Source: Octopus bimaculoides | Lineage: Eukaryota | Direction of reading: 5' to 3' | NCBI RefSeq assembly: GCF_001194135.2 | Contig: NC_068981.1 | Location: 165,207,808-165,271,807, forward strand | DNA length: 64,000 nt | Part shown: in pieces, positions 1-12,913 of the stretch | Layout: every line of letters begins with the position of its first letter | How positions within the stretch are numbered: the first letter of the stretch is position 1 | The notes under the pieces: generated by a model | Databases searched by the model: none | Told to the model about the DNA's origin: nothing | The model's input: only the letters and a program-made list of their open reading frames with translations | Program-made: the position numbers and the translations under genes

Positions 1-788
1 ACGGTCTATCCCAGACTTTTGCTATTATATGGCAACACAGTAATGATTGCGTATCAATTTTAACTATACATTATCTTTTATCGTCAGTTCGCTTTGGGAA
101 TATTTTCTCGTTCCCAGTCTTCCTTACAAGAAGCGTTTCGTAATTTCCTTTTAATTCCGACACGGTGCAAAAGCCAAGGAAATCAACAGACCGTTGTTTT
201 ATAGGAAAACGGTGTCAAATGTGAGATTTACTAGAAAGATATACAAATTGTGCAGCTGTCATTTTACATTGTCTCTTCTGATAATTATTCATTGATCTGA
301 GAAATCAAAGAGCGCCAGAGAATATTGAGATACGCGGCTTTCGTGGATCGAAAAATGCCATTGAAAATTTTCTTTGCATTTCTGCTAGGACCTTTTGATA
401 AAAGCTAGTCTTATTGTCTTATTAAGTTCACTTCTAATTACACGAACATACAATCGCACGCGTGCACACACACGCATACATACGCTCGCGCATACACACA
501 TACATGCATGCACATATATCTATCAGGATAATTGTAACTCATTGGTGACTTACCACAATTGTTTATTACTACCACTCTAATACTACTATTACCACTACCA
601 CCCCGTCACCTTCACCGCCACCACCACAATCACTACTACTACTACTACTACTATTACTACTACTAATGCAGCAGCAGCATCAACCCACTTACGACGAAAA
701 ATTTGCTAGTAGGCTTTCATTTTTCCTCTAGATGTTCATAAAATATATTGTGACACTATCGACATAACTTGATATTTAATGTATATAA

Positions 789-943
789 GGCAACGAGTTG
801 GCAGAATTCTTAGCACGCTGGTTTAAATGCTTAGTGGCATTTCGTCCGTTTTTACGCTCTGAGTTCAAATTCCACCGAGCTCTTCTATACCTTTCATAAG
901 TTCAGGTTCGATAAACTTAGTGCCAAAATCCGAAACGAACATT
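789..943 (+). mobile_element. SINE family A copy (truncated)
   Basis: GGCAACGAGTTGGCAGAATT...TGAGTTCAAATTCC head; aligns by eye with about 10 other copies in the window. Confidence 0.8.
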
Positions 944-1011
944 TTATATNNNNNNNNNNAAAAGTCCGATTATGTAACCCTCGCTCTTCAAAGGTAGCCG
1001 TTATGGAATAA

Positions 1012-1223
1012 GGCAATGAGCTGACAAAATCGTTAGCACACCAGGAAAAATGCTTAGTGGTATTTCGTCCGTCTGCACGTTTCTAAGTTCAAATTCTGAC
1101 GAGGTTGACTTTGCCTTTCCTGGTTTCGACGTCGATAAGATAAGTACCAGTTGATCGCTAGGATCGATGTAATCAACTTACTTCTCCCTCGAAATTGTTG
1201 CCTTCTTCCAAAATATGAAACCA
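1012..1223 (+). mobile_element. SINE family A copy
   Basis: GGCAATGAGCTGACAAAATCGTTAGC...AGTTCAAATTC...TAAGTACCAGTTG...GAAACCA; full head, body and tail shared with the 60172 and 62040 copies. Confidence 0.85.
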
Positions 1224-1535
1224 ACATTTAATGTATATCGTCCAAAGTGCAAATGTCAGCACCAACAACATTGGCATATCAGAATCCTTTCATTCGCTCA
1301 ATATCCATACGGCACCGTAGACCGATTCTTTGGTCGTCTCAGCAAATCAGTTGAACCGATTCAAGACTGAAGGAATTTTCATGAAGTTGTTCTTTCACAT
1401 CCTCTACGCATTTTCATATTCTTTATTCCATTCCACTGTTCATCCACCACCACCACCACCACAACAACAACAACTACCACCACCACCACCACCACTACTA
1501 CTACTACTACTACGACCACCACCACTACCACCACC

Positions 1536-1641
<106 letters not shown>

Positions 1642-2347
1642 TCGCTGTAGACGGAAATGCTTTAATATTATATTCAAACATATATACACACACACTTGTA
1701 TATGAATGTGTGCGTGTATATGTATATGTGTATATATATATGTGTGTGTATGTGTATGTATATACATAACGTGTTTGTAAATACGTGATATATATATATA
1801 TGCATGCAAATATATACGTATAGACGCGCGCGAGCACACACATGTATGTTTATACACACACCACACACANNNNNNNNNNATGTGTGCGTGTATATGTATA
1901 TGTGTATATATATATGTGTGTGTGTGTGTATGTATATACATAACGTGTTTGTAAATACGTGATATATATATATGCATGCAAATATATACGCATAGACGCG
2001 CGCGAGCACACACATGTATGTTTATACACACACCACACACACGAACACACACAAAACCACACACACACACACACAGATTCATACACACGCACACACGTAT
2101 ATATGATATACACATGCTTTGTACGTATCCATGTGTATGCATGTTCGAGTCTGACTGTATGTATCTCCATCTGCCCCTGTTTGTGAATGAAAGTGCATGT
2201 ACGTGTATGTTTGTGTGTGTGTTTATGTGTGTGTTTATGTGTGTATGCGTGGGTGTGCGCGTGTGTATGTGTATGAACTTTTACATCTCCGTGTACTACT
2301 TTGTACTACTTTGTACTACTTTGTGTGGCGAGAATGTGGATAGCTGT

Positions 2348-2538
2348 CTATTTGTCTATTGTAGAAGATAACTTTGTTGTAATACCACCCGCCTCGATTC
2401 TTTTACTTCCTCTGGTATTCTTTTGTGATGTCAATCTATTTACGTTCGCATGTGGCTTCAACACGCTCCGCTGTTGCCAAACCATTACGATTTGATCGAG
2501 GTATCTGTTGGTTTCATATTCCAGATTTTTCAAAACAT
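2348..2538 (-). CDS. Candidate (terminal) coding exon of an unidentified gene
   Basis: Minus strand: poly-T tract TTTTTTTTTTTGTTGATGCCTTTCTCAG then a 63-codon open frame (xVLKNLEYETNRYLDQIVMVWQQRSVLKPHANVNRLTSQKNTRGSKRIEAGGITTKLSSTIDK*); the other two frames close within 9 codons; no family recognised. Confidence 0.3.
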
Positions 2539-3267
2539 CTGAGAAAGGCATCAACAAAAAAAAAAATTATTATAAAATGAAGATGATGACGATGATTATG
2601 ATAACGATGATGAAGCTGAGAGTTATGAGGATGATTATATTGATGATGATCGTGCTGGTAGTGATAGTAATGGTGATGTGATGCTGGTGGTGACGGTGAT
2701 AGTGGCGGTTATCGTGTTGCTAGTCGTGGTGTGTTTTCCAGCCTGAGTTCATAATACGAATGATAATAATGATAGTGATGATGACGAGAATAATGATAAA
2801 TTGCAGATGGAAGATGAGGAAATGGAAGTAGGAGTAAAGTACTTTTTTTCTTACTCTTTATCCTCCGCCCTATTATCGTCATCATCATCGTCGTCTTCGC
2901 TTTCGTCGCCGCTGCCGTCGTCGTCGTCGTCGTCGCTATCATCATCTTCGCTATCGTCATTATCATTTCTTAAATCCCATTTGATAAGCACTAATAAGAA
3001 GTCTGTACGTTGTTGCTCTACCTGCTAGAAATAGTGATAAAAATTTCTGCATTTGATGCTATGCCAACTTCAAAATATGAATGAGTCGTTGGCTAATATG
3101 ATCTTAGTTATACTATGTCCGAAACGAAAGTTCTGATCGTTGCGGCTGTAAAGTTCTTGATCTACTCGATCGGTTTCACTAAACAACAATTATCATCATG
3201 GTCATCATAATCATCAGTATTACCATCATCATACTAATCCCCATCATCATCATCATCATAATCATCC

Positions 3268-3314
<47 letters not shown>

Positions 3315-3553
3315 GTCATCATCATCATCATCATCATCATCATATCATCGTCATCACTGGAAAATGAGTCAGAACATGTGGTGTTTCATAAAAACGATTT
3401 GCATCTCTCAAACCGGAAAAAAATATTACATTCTGAACCCCTCTGGTGCTGCAGTTAAGAGCAACAGGCTCTATAGCGTTGTGGAGAAAACCGACAGTAT
3501 TAAGGTTCCTATTAATGCATCATTTAGTGCAGTGTCCTGAGAGAAATACCTTC

Positions 3554-3830
3554 TACGAGGGTCGGCCTAAAAGTTCATAGGCTGACCAAAATACTCTCAT
3601 GGAATGTGATCAAGTGTACATTATTTTTCAACATAGAACCCCTTGCGGTCCACACACTTCTTCCATCAGTGTTACACTGTTTGGTGTAAAAGCTTTCATC
3701 CTGTTGGTCAAAATTTATCAACAGCAGTTATGACGTCATCATCACTGCGATACTGGTTCCCAGGCAAGTGTTTTTTTCAAGTTAGGTAACATAAGTAACG
3801 AGAAGTGAGCGGGTGCAATAAGAATCCTTC
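3554..3830 (-). mobile_element. Mariner transposon 3' fragment (transposase C-terminus plus TIR)
   Basis: TIR-like TACGAGGGTCGGCCTAAAAGTTCATAGG at 3554; the minus strand gives DDVITAVDKF..QQDESFYT..KKCVDRKGFYVEK*, the typical mariner C-terminus. Confidence 0.85.
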
Positions 3831-4973
3831 AACAGTAACTCCATAGCGGCATTTTGTAGGTTCCTTGTTTTCTTTCCTTGTTTTACTTGAATTGAAACTG
3901 AAAAATTGTTGTAGAAGGATTTTTAAAAAATAATTTTCAAACATTTTATTCGCACCATCAGTGAATTATTTATAATTTCTTATATTAGAGGCGACGAATT
4001 CTCAAGCGGGCGTGTGGCTGGCTGCTAGTACACGTCTTTGACGAGGCCAATAAAGCCGGAATACATCTGGCGTATTCGCTAGCCTACACTTGGACGATTT
4101 CCCGCCCCCTCCAACAATGAATGTGTTTGTAATACAGTACATCTGTAAGAGACGTTATTTCGGGAATGAATGCCTCAGTAACTAGCCTACCAACGATGTA
4201 TGTATACATTAAGTATAAGTAACAAGAAGAGAAGGATTGGTTGTAGGAGTGCATGTGAGCAGAAGAAAAGAGCAGTAGTGGTAGAAGATGTGGTGTGAGA
4301 ATAAGGATGTTATTGAATGAATCTTTGTTAATTATCAACTCCAAAAGTTATGAGAAACGCAACTGAATCTGACGGGACCATGAGGTAGAAAATAACGTGA
4401 CGCAACTAAATATAATAGGACGTATTGAACAGATTTTGCCATTAATAAGTCTTAGTTTTGATTTTATATTATGAAATTATTCATGTTGAAGATACGATAT
4501 AATAGTTTTCATATTTAATTTTAGAAATATATATTTCCTGATTTCATTTTTTAAAAATCGTGAAGAAATACAGAAGTACAGCGTATGTAAAGGAGGAATA
4601 TGCAGATGCGTAAAAAATATGCAAAAAGATTCAAAGAGTAATGGTTGGGGATATCAGTCAAAAGGTCAAATGGAAGAAAATACTAAACTTCAAAACGTTT
4701 AATAAAAGGTCATATTCATCCAAATATGTTTCTTGAGAAATTGTAATACACGAAGACTTTGTGTAACGCTTATATTTATATATATGTGTGTAACATGTGT
4801 ATTTATGATTATATTTATACGTAATACAACGCAGTACGCAAAACATGTAATACATTCCATTTGAGTAACAATGACTAGAAATTCGTAATGAAAAAAAAAA
4901 AGTTTATGAAGACTGTTAATAAAAAATCTGGGATTGACGAGCAAGAACACATGCACACACTTGCAAGTACATA

Positions 4974-5033
<60 letters not shown>

Positions 5034-5202
5034 CTGACCTGTGTAATAAGTATTTACTTATTATTATTTACAAGGTATTTACTAGATGAAATATTGGTTT
5101 GTAAATATAGATATATTGTCACTAAAGTGTTAAAAAATATATTTTTATATAAGTGTGGTTTTGACTATCGCTGGAGTCTGTTTTGTGTCATACGTTTCTG
5201 GT

Positions 5203-5234
<32 letters not shown>

Positions 5235-5276
5235 TATCTATATGTATGTAGGTATGTAGGTATGTAGGTATAAGTG

Positions 5277-5334
<58 letters not shown>

Positions 5335-5413
5335 TGTGTGTAGGTGGGGGTGTGTATGCATGTAGGCGATATATATATACATATATATATACATACATCT
5401 ATATATATATATA

Positions 5414-6326
5414 NNNNNNNNNNNNNNNNNNNNNNNNNNNNNNNNNNNNNNNNNNNNNNNNNNNNNNNNNNNNNNNNNNNNNNNNNNNNNNNNNNNNNNN
5501 NNNNNNNNNNNNNNNNNNNNNNNNNNNNNNNNNNNNNNNNNNNNNNNNNNNNNNNNNNNNNNNNNNNNNNNNNNNNNNNNNNNNNNNNNNNNNNNNNNNN
5601 NNNNNNNNNNNNNNNNNNNNNNNNNNNNNNNNNNNNNNNNNNNNNNNNNNNNNNNNNNNNNNNNNNNNNNNNNNNNNNNNNNNNNNNNNNNNNNNNNNNN
5701 NNNNNNNNNNNNNNNNNNNNNNNNNNNNNNNNNNNNNNNNNNNNNNNNNNNNNNNNNNNNNNNNNNNNNNNNNNNNNNNNNNNNNNNNNNNNNNNNNNNN
5801 NNNNNNNNNNNNNNNNNNNNNNNNNNNNNNNNNNNNNNNNNNNNNNNNNNNNNNNNNNNNNNNNNNNNNNNNNNNNNNNNNNNNNNNNNNNNNNNNNNNN
5901 NNNNNNNNNNNNNNNNNNNNNNNNNNNNNNNNNNNNNNNNNNNNNNNNNNNNNNNNNNNNNNNNNNNNNNNNNNNNNNNNNNNNNNNNNNNNNNNNNNNN
6001 NNNNNNNNNNNNNNNNNNNNNNNNNNNNNNNNNNNNNNNNNNNNNNNNNNNNNNNNNNNNNNNNNNNNNNNNNNNNNNNNNNNNNNNNNNNNNNNNNNNN
6101 NNNNNNNNNNNNNNNNNNNNNNNNNNNNNNNNNNNNNNNNNNNNNNNNNNNNNNNNNNNNNNNNNNNNNNNNNNNNNNNNNNNNNNNNNNNNNNNNNNNN
6201 NNNNNNNNNNNNNNNNNNNNNNNNNNNNNNNNNNNNNNNNNNNNNNNNNNNNNNNNNNNNNNNNNNNNNNNNNNNNNNNNNNNNNNNNNNNNNNNNNNNN
6301 NNNNNNNNNNNNNNNNNNNNNNNNNN
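5414..6326. other. Assembly gap (one of 14 large N runs; others near 8952, 12156, 14687, 32109, 33212, 34344, 38862, 39821, 41427, 50677, 54224, 57931, 61105)
   Basis: N run; almost all gaps are flanked by (TA)n, (CA)n or similar microsatellites. Confidence 0.99.
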
Positions 6327-6390
6327 ATATATGTATGTATATACATATATATTGCTGTGTATATATTCATACATACGTATACATAAATTC

Positions 6391-6424
<34 letters not shown>

Positions 6425-7528
6425 GTATATATATGTGCGTGTGTATGTGTTTATATATATATATATTATAGCTAGCTAGCTAGCTAGCTAGATAGATAGA
6501 TAGATATATAGATAGATATCATATTTACATTGCACAACTATTTACATACTTTTCAATGTCGATATCAAAATTTTAACTTTCACATATAGTCAATGTCAAG
6601 TTTTTGTGAATGTAGCTGAGGTTAAGTATCTTCACTGTGTTATATTCAGTTAATTAATTGGAACTGTTTATGCCTCCATGGAACTTCCGCTCACTGTCCT
6701 GGTGTACTAAAAAACAAAACCCACTTCACTGGTACAACCGTTTATAACACTTTTGTTGACCTTGATATAATTATTTTTACATTTCCGTGTATGGTCGATA
6801 TGAAAAAGGCTGACTTTGCTACCACAGATTCTCATCCACTAAATGTTCAAATATTACTTGGTCGAACTGTGATGTTACTTAACAATTTTTATAGTCACTT
6901 TGGTAGAGTCAATGAAATTCATTTCAAATATAACGTCTTATAGGACACTAACGAACTATTTCAGGTTATCAAAACAGAAATCATACATAATTCGACTTAA
7001 TATGTTCAAAACATTTGCTGTCAAGTAATCGAAAAGGGATTACAAACCCCATCTCCAACTGATGTTTCAGTAAAGTAAAGTGTCATAAACTCCGCTAGAC
7101 TTGTTTGGAATCTCACCTCATCATTAGACAGGAGTAAATGCACCTTATTTATTTACTTGCAGCAGCAATACTTATGTGCTTTGGTAAGCTACCAGAACCT
7201 ACTGTCTTGTCAAAAATTATTCTCTTTTTGCTTTGATTTCTGCAAAATTCTAGAGCAACTCATCGTCCTTTTAGAACGTGAAATATTATTTTCGTGTGGA
7301 TTTCCAGTTATTTCCTTACAAATAATTTCTACTTATTATTAAGCGAAAGGTAACGTTTTTAACATCCAGTAAGATTTTGAGACAACGCGGTTCAAAATCT
7401 TTGATGTTGCCTGTGATCACTGTATTTGTAGAACGTACTCTGTCAAATTTTAGCATGTGTTCTGGCTTTTAAGCAAATTCTACATGAGCACATTCACACG
7501 TCAAATTCTCAACGTTCTTATGGATGGA

Positions 7529-7862
7529 TAAAGAGTAAAGATCCCCTTTGGTCATGAATGATCATAGGATTGCACTCCGAAAGTTCCCCTTCAAGACACA
7601 AGTCCGGGGAAGGTTGTTTATGGAGGACCAGCAGTCGCCCATGCATACCAGTCTCCCCTCTCCACGCCACCGATGGTATCCAGGGGAAAGGCAAAGGCCG
7701 TTATGACTTGGCACCAGTGACGTCGTAACTCATTTCTAAAGCTGATTGAACTGGAACAACGTGAAATAAAGTGTCTTGCTCAAGAACACAAAATACAACC
7801 CGGTTCAGGAATCGAACTCACTACCTCATGATTGTGAGTCCGACGCTCTAACCACTGAGCCA
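7529..7862 (-). mobile_element. tRNA-derived SINE family B copy (near full length)
   Basis: Minus strand TGGCTCAGTGGTTAGAGCG (A box) ... GAGTTCGATTCC (B box) ... TTCTTGAGCAAGACACTTTATTTCACG; tail GGGATCTTTACTCTTT; homologous to 23335-24000 and 34199-34319. Confidence 0.85.
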
Positions 7863-8397
7863 CTGACTTGTTGGGAAAAGTATGTATCTTAAACGTACCA
7901 ATATATAAACATATATATTGAGAGAGTAATCAATATCCTCTCTGCTTAATATTTTCCTTTGACTTGAAAACAAAAACAACATCAAATTGTGGTTTTTCAG
8001 ATAAATAACACCAAAAGCAAAGTCCATTTGCTGTTACTCTTTTCAAAGACCTGCTATTTTATCTGGCACGTTTCATTTACGAGTACTTTGACTCTTGGAA
8101 ACCGTTGACTAGTTTTAGTCTTCTTTTATATTAGGAACATACAATTTCTTACTCTTCCAAATTCTGATGATAATTTTAAAACGAATCGGATGAAAGTAAA
8201 GGTATCAATCAGTGGAAATTTTCGAAGCTCACTGCTTTTACCAAGGGAGTAAGAATTTCGGACTTACACTTTGTGAAGTTTGAAAGCGAGAAACACCTAT
8301 CAGAGTCACCTTTTGTAAACAACTAATAACTTATAAACATCTAATTATTAAAGTCTGAAAATTATCAGAAAAGTCATTTCTATTCATTGTCTTCAAA

Positions 8398-8752
8398 TAC
8401 GTGGCTGTGTGATAAGAAGCTTGCTTTCCAACCACATGGTTTCGTGCACTTTAGGCAAGTGTTTGCTACTATAGCCTTGGGGCGACCAAAGCCGTGTAAG
8501 TATATTTGGTACACGGAAACTGAAAGAAACCCGTCATATATATGTGTGTGTGTGTGTTGTCACCCCACCACCATCGCTTGACAATCTATGCTGGTGTATT
8601 TACGTCCTCATAGGTTAGCAGTTCGGCAGAGATAGGATAAGGACTAGGCTTATAAAGAATAAACCCTGAGATCAATTTGTTTGACCGAAACCTTTTAAGG
8701 CAGTACTCCAGCATAGCCACAGCCAAATGACTGAACAAGCAAGAAAAAACAC
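8398..8752 (+). mobile_element. SINE family C copy
   Basis: GTGGCTGTGTGATAAGAAGCTTGC...CTACTATAGCC...GGAAACTGAAAGAA...[microsatellite]...CCAGCATAGCC...AAATGACTGAA; six copies in the window. Confidence 0.85.
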
Positions 8753-8767
8753 AAATAAAAACACGAA

Positions 8768-8933
8768 CAAACAACGCGAGGACGTGGAATAAGTACAGTG
8801 TTATTGGACGCTCAGGAAAGGAAATAAAAGAAAGAGGAATTAACGTTTCGAGCGGAGCTCTTCGTCAGAAATATAGGAAAATTCCAAAGAAGGGAAGACA
8901 GAGAAAAAATCGCCAACGATGCACACGCGGTCA
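8768..8933 (-). mobile_element. Short Penelope-related repeat carrying a hammerhead motif
   Basis: AACAACGCGAGGACG...ACGCTCAGG...GTTTCGAGCGGAGCTCTTCGTCAG...AAAATCGCCAAC; homologous to 53803-54011 and related to 35559-35760. Confidence 0.65.
8838..8873 (-). ncRNA. Minimal type I hammerhead ribozyme motif (core intact)
   Basis: Minus strand TATTT CTGACGA A GAGC-TCC-GCTC GAAACGT T AATT: CUGANGA and GAAA core, 4-bp stem II, palindromic ACGT stem III. Confidence 0.55.
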
Positions 8934-9655
8934 TATATATATATATATATANNNNNNNNNNNNNNNNNNNNNNNNNNNNNNNNNNNNNNNNNNNNNNNNN
9001 NNNNNNNNNNNNNNNNNNNNNNNNNNNNNNNNNNNNNNNNNNNNNNNNNNNNNNNNNNNNNNNNNNNNNNNNNNNNNNNNNNNNNNNNNNNNNNNNNNNN
9101 NNNNNNNNNNNNNNGAGAGAGAGAGAGAGAGAGAGAGAGAGAGCACATTAAAAGTGAGCCTGAATCTTGCTTGCTTGCAATGGTACTTGGCCAAACTAGC
9201 GCATAATGGGAAAATACTATGAATTAAGTCGTCCCTGAAATGTGAATACGAACGGAATAGAACAAATTTTGCGTAAATCGGAAAAGTGGTTATTGAGATA
9301 TTACAGGATCTTCGGGGTATAAATAACGAAAACGATGCATAATGGGAAAATTCTCCGAAAATAATTTAACCCTGAAATGGAAGAAAACTTTCGATTATAC
9401 AGTGACTCGACAACGAAAAAAATGATTTTTTAAACACAATACTTTGATCATTTAGAAATATCTTTAAGTGAATGTGGTTTCAAAAATGTAAGTTTTTATA
9501 CAGTAAGTATTTATATTTTAGCTTTCTTTAAACAGACAATATTTTAATGTTTCTTTTAAAAGTATTTTCAAGAATTTTAATCATTACAAGAAATTTTTGG
9601 CATATTTAAAAAATATTTTAAAGTAAAGATGAAGACGATTTCAGAATTATGGTAT

Positions 9656-10060
9656 AGGTGCAGGAGCGGCTGTGTGTGTGGTAAGTAGCTTGCTTACCGA
9701 CCACATGGTCCGGGTTCAGTCCCATTGCGCGGCACCTTGGGCAAGTGTCTTCTACTATAGCCTAGGGCCGACCAAAGCCTTGTAAGTGGATTTGGTAAAC
9801 GGAAACTGAAAGAAGCCCGTCGTATATATGTATATATACATATATATGTGCGTATGTGTGTATATATGTTTGTGTCTGTGTTCGTCGCCCCAAAATCGCT
9901 TGACAACCGATGCTGGTGTGTTTACATCCCCGTAACTTAGAGGTTCGGGGAAAGAGAACGATAGAATAAGTACCAGGCTTACAAAGAATAAGTCCTGGGG
10001 TTCGACTACAGGCGGTGCTCCAGCATGACCGCAGTCAAAATGTGTGAAACAAATAAAATA
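9656..10060 (+). mobile_element. SINE family C copy (full length)
   Basis: GGTGCAGGAGCGGCTGTG...GGTTCAGTCCC...GGCACCTTGGGCAAGTGTCTTCTACTATAGCC...GGCGGTGCTCCAGCATG. Confidence 0.9.
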
Positions 10061-10293
10061 GTATAGAGTTTTTCGAATGCAATCAACGTATCTCACCAGA
10101 AATACCTGTTATGTGGTAGCAGAGTGTGCAAGAAATAGCAGCCAAATCTTTTCTTTTCTAGAGAAAGGAACTGTTTGCATTCGTTGAAAGCATGGGAAAT
10201 AACCTGGAAAAGCAAAAAAAAACATGAAACAAAACTCCGTTACTGGGAAACTTAGACTTTCCCGGTGAAGCAACCAGTCCCGGGTAGGGTAGT

Positions 10294-10297
<4 letters not shown>

Positions 10298-10370
<73 letters not shown>
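10298..10370. repeat. (GT)n microsatellite
   Basis: Direct reading. Confidence 0.97.
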
Positions 10371-10372
<2 letters not shown>

Positions 10373-10525
10373 CTATGTGGTAAGAAAGGTGCAGGATTGG
10401 CTATGTGGTAAGAAAGTTCCAGTTCAACCACATGGTTCCGAGTTCAGTCCCACTGAGTGGCACCTTGGGAAAGTGTCTTCTACTATAGCTTCGGGTTGAC
10501 CGACACCGTGTAAGTGGACTTGGTA
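10371..10525 (+). mobile_element. SINE family C 5' half with duplicated head, truncated by a mariner fragment
   Basis: GGCTATGTGGTAAGAAAG present twice; homology stops at TTGGTA, where the mariner TIR begins. Confidence 0.8.
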
Positions 10526-10529
10526 TATA

Positions 10530-10925
10530 TACGAGTCCAAATTAATAAGTATCCGGACTGTTACCATCGTAACAGAGTAATGCCGCTTAGCACAGATTGA
10601 CCTTGGACTCTGCTGTGTAGGCGCACTCAGTCTTAATGTTCTAGCTCCCTTCTGCTGGTTATAGCAGTGCTTGGAAGGAATTGTGTAGCGTGTTATCGTT
10701 GCATTGACTACGACAGAGAGAGTTGTCATGGTGATATCTGCTCAGTGGCCTACTCAAGGTTGCAGAACGTGTATGGAGAAGAGTGTATGAACCGCACATA
10801 AGTGTACGAGTAGTTCAGACGTTTCTAAAATGGCTGAAAAATGTTGATATTGGCGAACATTCTGAGAGACCCTCAACCGGCAGAACTGAGAAAAACATTG
10901 CTGATTATTCAAGCAATTAAAGATT
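10530..10925 (+). mobile_element. Mariner transposon 5' fragment (TIR plus HTH N-terminus)
   Basis: TACGAGTCCAAATTAATAAGTATCCGGACTG terminus; decayed KLQNVYGEECMNRT*VYE*FRRF..ERPSTGRTEKNI matches the mariner N-terminal HTH. Confidence 0.8.
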
Positions 10926-11006
10926 AGAAACAATGTATCTATAAAAAAAGAAGACATATTTATAAACACCGAAACATGTGTGTGTGTTTGTGTGTATGTG
11001 TGTGCT

Positions 11007-11040
<34 letters not shown>

Positions 11041-11044
11041 CTTG

Positions 11045-11125
<81 letters not shown>

Positions 11126-11205
11126 ACATACATATATATTACATACACTGTGCCCAGCGTGCTAACGATTCTGCTAGCACGTTGCTTTGCTTCTACTTAA
11201 TATAT

Positions 11206-11408
11206 TGGTTTCATTTTTGCACAAGGTCAGAAATTTTGAATGAAGGGAGCAAGTCAATTATTTCGACTCCAGCACCCAACTGGCACTTATTTTATCGACA
11301 CTAAATGGATGAAAGATAAAGTCGACCTCAGCGGAATATTAACATAAAGACCGACGAAATACTGCTAAGAATTTTGCCCGGCGAAGAAAAGATTCTGCCA
11401 GCTCGCCA
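11206..11408 (-). mobile_element. SINE family A copy (an extra head-only fragment lies at 11151-11186)
   Basis: Reverse complement of GGCGAGCTGGCAGAATC...GAGGTCGACTTT...ATAAAATAAGTGCCAGTTG. Confidence 0.85.
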
Positions 11409-12102
11409 CTTAATTTCTGCTTAATATATTGAATACGTTTTCTTCGTTTACTGGTACAAATATTTATCTTTCAACATAAACAGTTGCGCACGAACACTAT
11501 TTATATGACAACACTTTTTCACTTTCTCCTCACTGTCTGACTAGAGATGAAACTTGAACCATTAAACTCTACAATACTCACGATAACACATAACCAACTA
11601 TTCTGTCTTGGTGATTAATTCTTACTGATGCAGTCCGTTATTAGTCTAACCAGTTTTTGCTAATCAGCATATGGCAATGTTAACCAATCTTAACCAGAAG
11701 ATACTTTCTGAAATTCTACGCATTATTTTCATTATATTAACTTCTAGCAAGTTCACAGTATTTGGATTTCGGACCATATGAAAGATGCATGTCATTATTG
11801 TCTTACTTTTGAAAGTTAATAGTGAAATATTCTTATTTTTAACTGATAAACTATAGATTTTGTATGGAAATCAGAGCTAGCACTGTAAATTCTAAACTAT
11901 AAACTATCATCTATAAACTAAACGTATACGATACTATCGTTATATAGCGTAAGTTGCATAGCTAGATATTTACTTACAGCGAAGTGCGCTGGTTATGAAT
12001 CCCGCTCAGTGCCAGAGTTGAGCTTACAACTTAGATGATATCTCGTCATTATTGAGAACTGGTTCGAAGCAATGTTCTCATAAACACTCACACACTCACA
12101 TA

Positions 12103-12155
<53 letters not shown>

Positions 12156-12238
12156 NNNNNNNNNNNNNNNNNNNNNNNNNNNNNNNNNNNNNNNNNNNNN
12201 NNNNNNNNNCTCTCTCTCTCTCTCTCGCTTTCTCTCTT

Positions 12239-12269
<31 letters not shown>

Positions 12270-12447
12270 GTTTCTTTCTTTCACTCACTGTCTGTCTTTT
12301 TCTCTATCTACCTAGCGTACATAAAAAGGCATACGCATAGTTGTTGATATTGATACTAACAAGGGCTCAGTCTACTACCTAATGCACCATGTATACACAC
12401 ACACGCACACACATATACACACATATACATATATATATATGTGTATG

Positions 12448-12513
<66 letters not shown>

Positions 12514-12913
12514 AATGTATGCGTATACTGTGTACGTTTATGTGTGTACGTATGTATGTGTGAGAGGACGTCTGTCTGTGTTCTGTGTGAATGAATGAAT
12601 GAATGAATGATAAGAAAAAGGAAGTATTAAAAAAAAGAACCTTGTGAAAAGAATTGAGAAAGAAAATAACAAAAGAAAGAAAAAATGCCAATGATTTCTC
12701 TCCGTTTCTGTAGAGAATAATGGCTGCCACTAAAATTCTCCCGAAACTCCAACATAACAGAATTAAAGCAATGATAGATTCTAGTCAGGCTCTTCTTAAT
12801 GGATTACTGTTTCTTTCTTTTTCCCTTTTTCCTTCTTTTCTTTCTCTTCTTGTTTCTTCTTTTCTCTTTCTTCCCTTTCCTTTCTGTTTTTTTTTTCCTT
12901 TTTCTTTTTCTAG

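Noticed and set aside
1700-2045. Apparent 165-bp tandem duplication around the 10-N gap at 1870-1879
   Set aside because: Near-identical sequence on both sides of a nominal 10-N gap is typical of unmerged overlapping contig ends or two haplotypes; probably an assembly artefact.
7790-7862. tRNA gene (also 23335-23410 and the heads of SINE families A and C)
   Set aside because: A and B boxes are present, but the sequence continues into a repeated SINE body and lacks a proper acceptor stem and terminator; these are tRNA-derived SINE heads.
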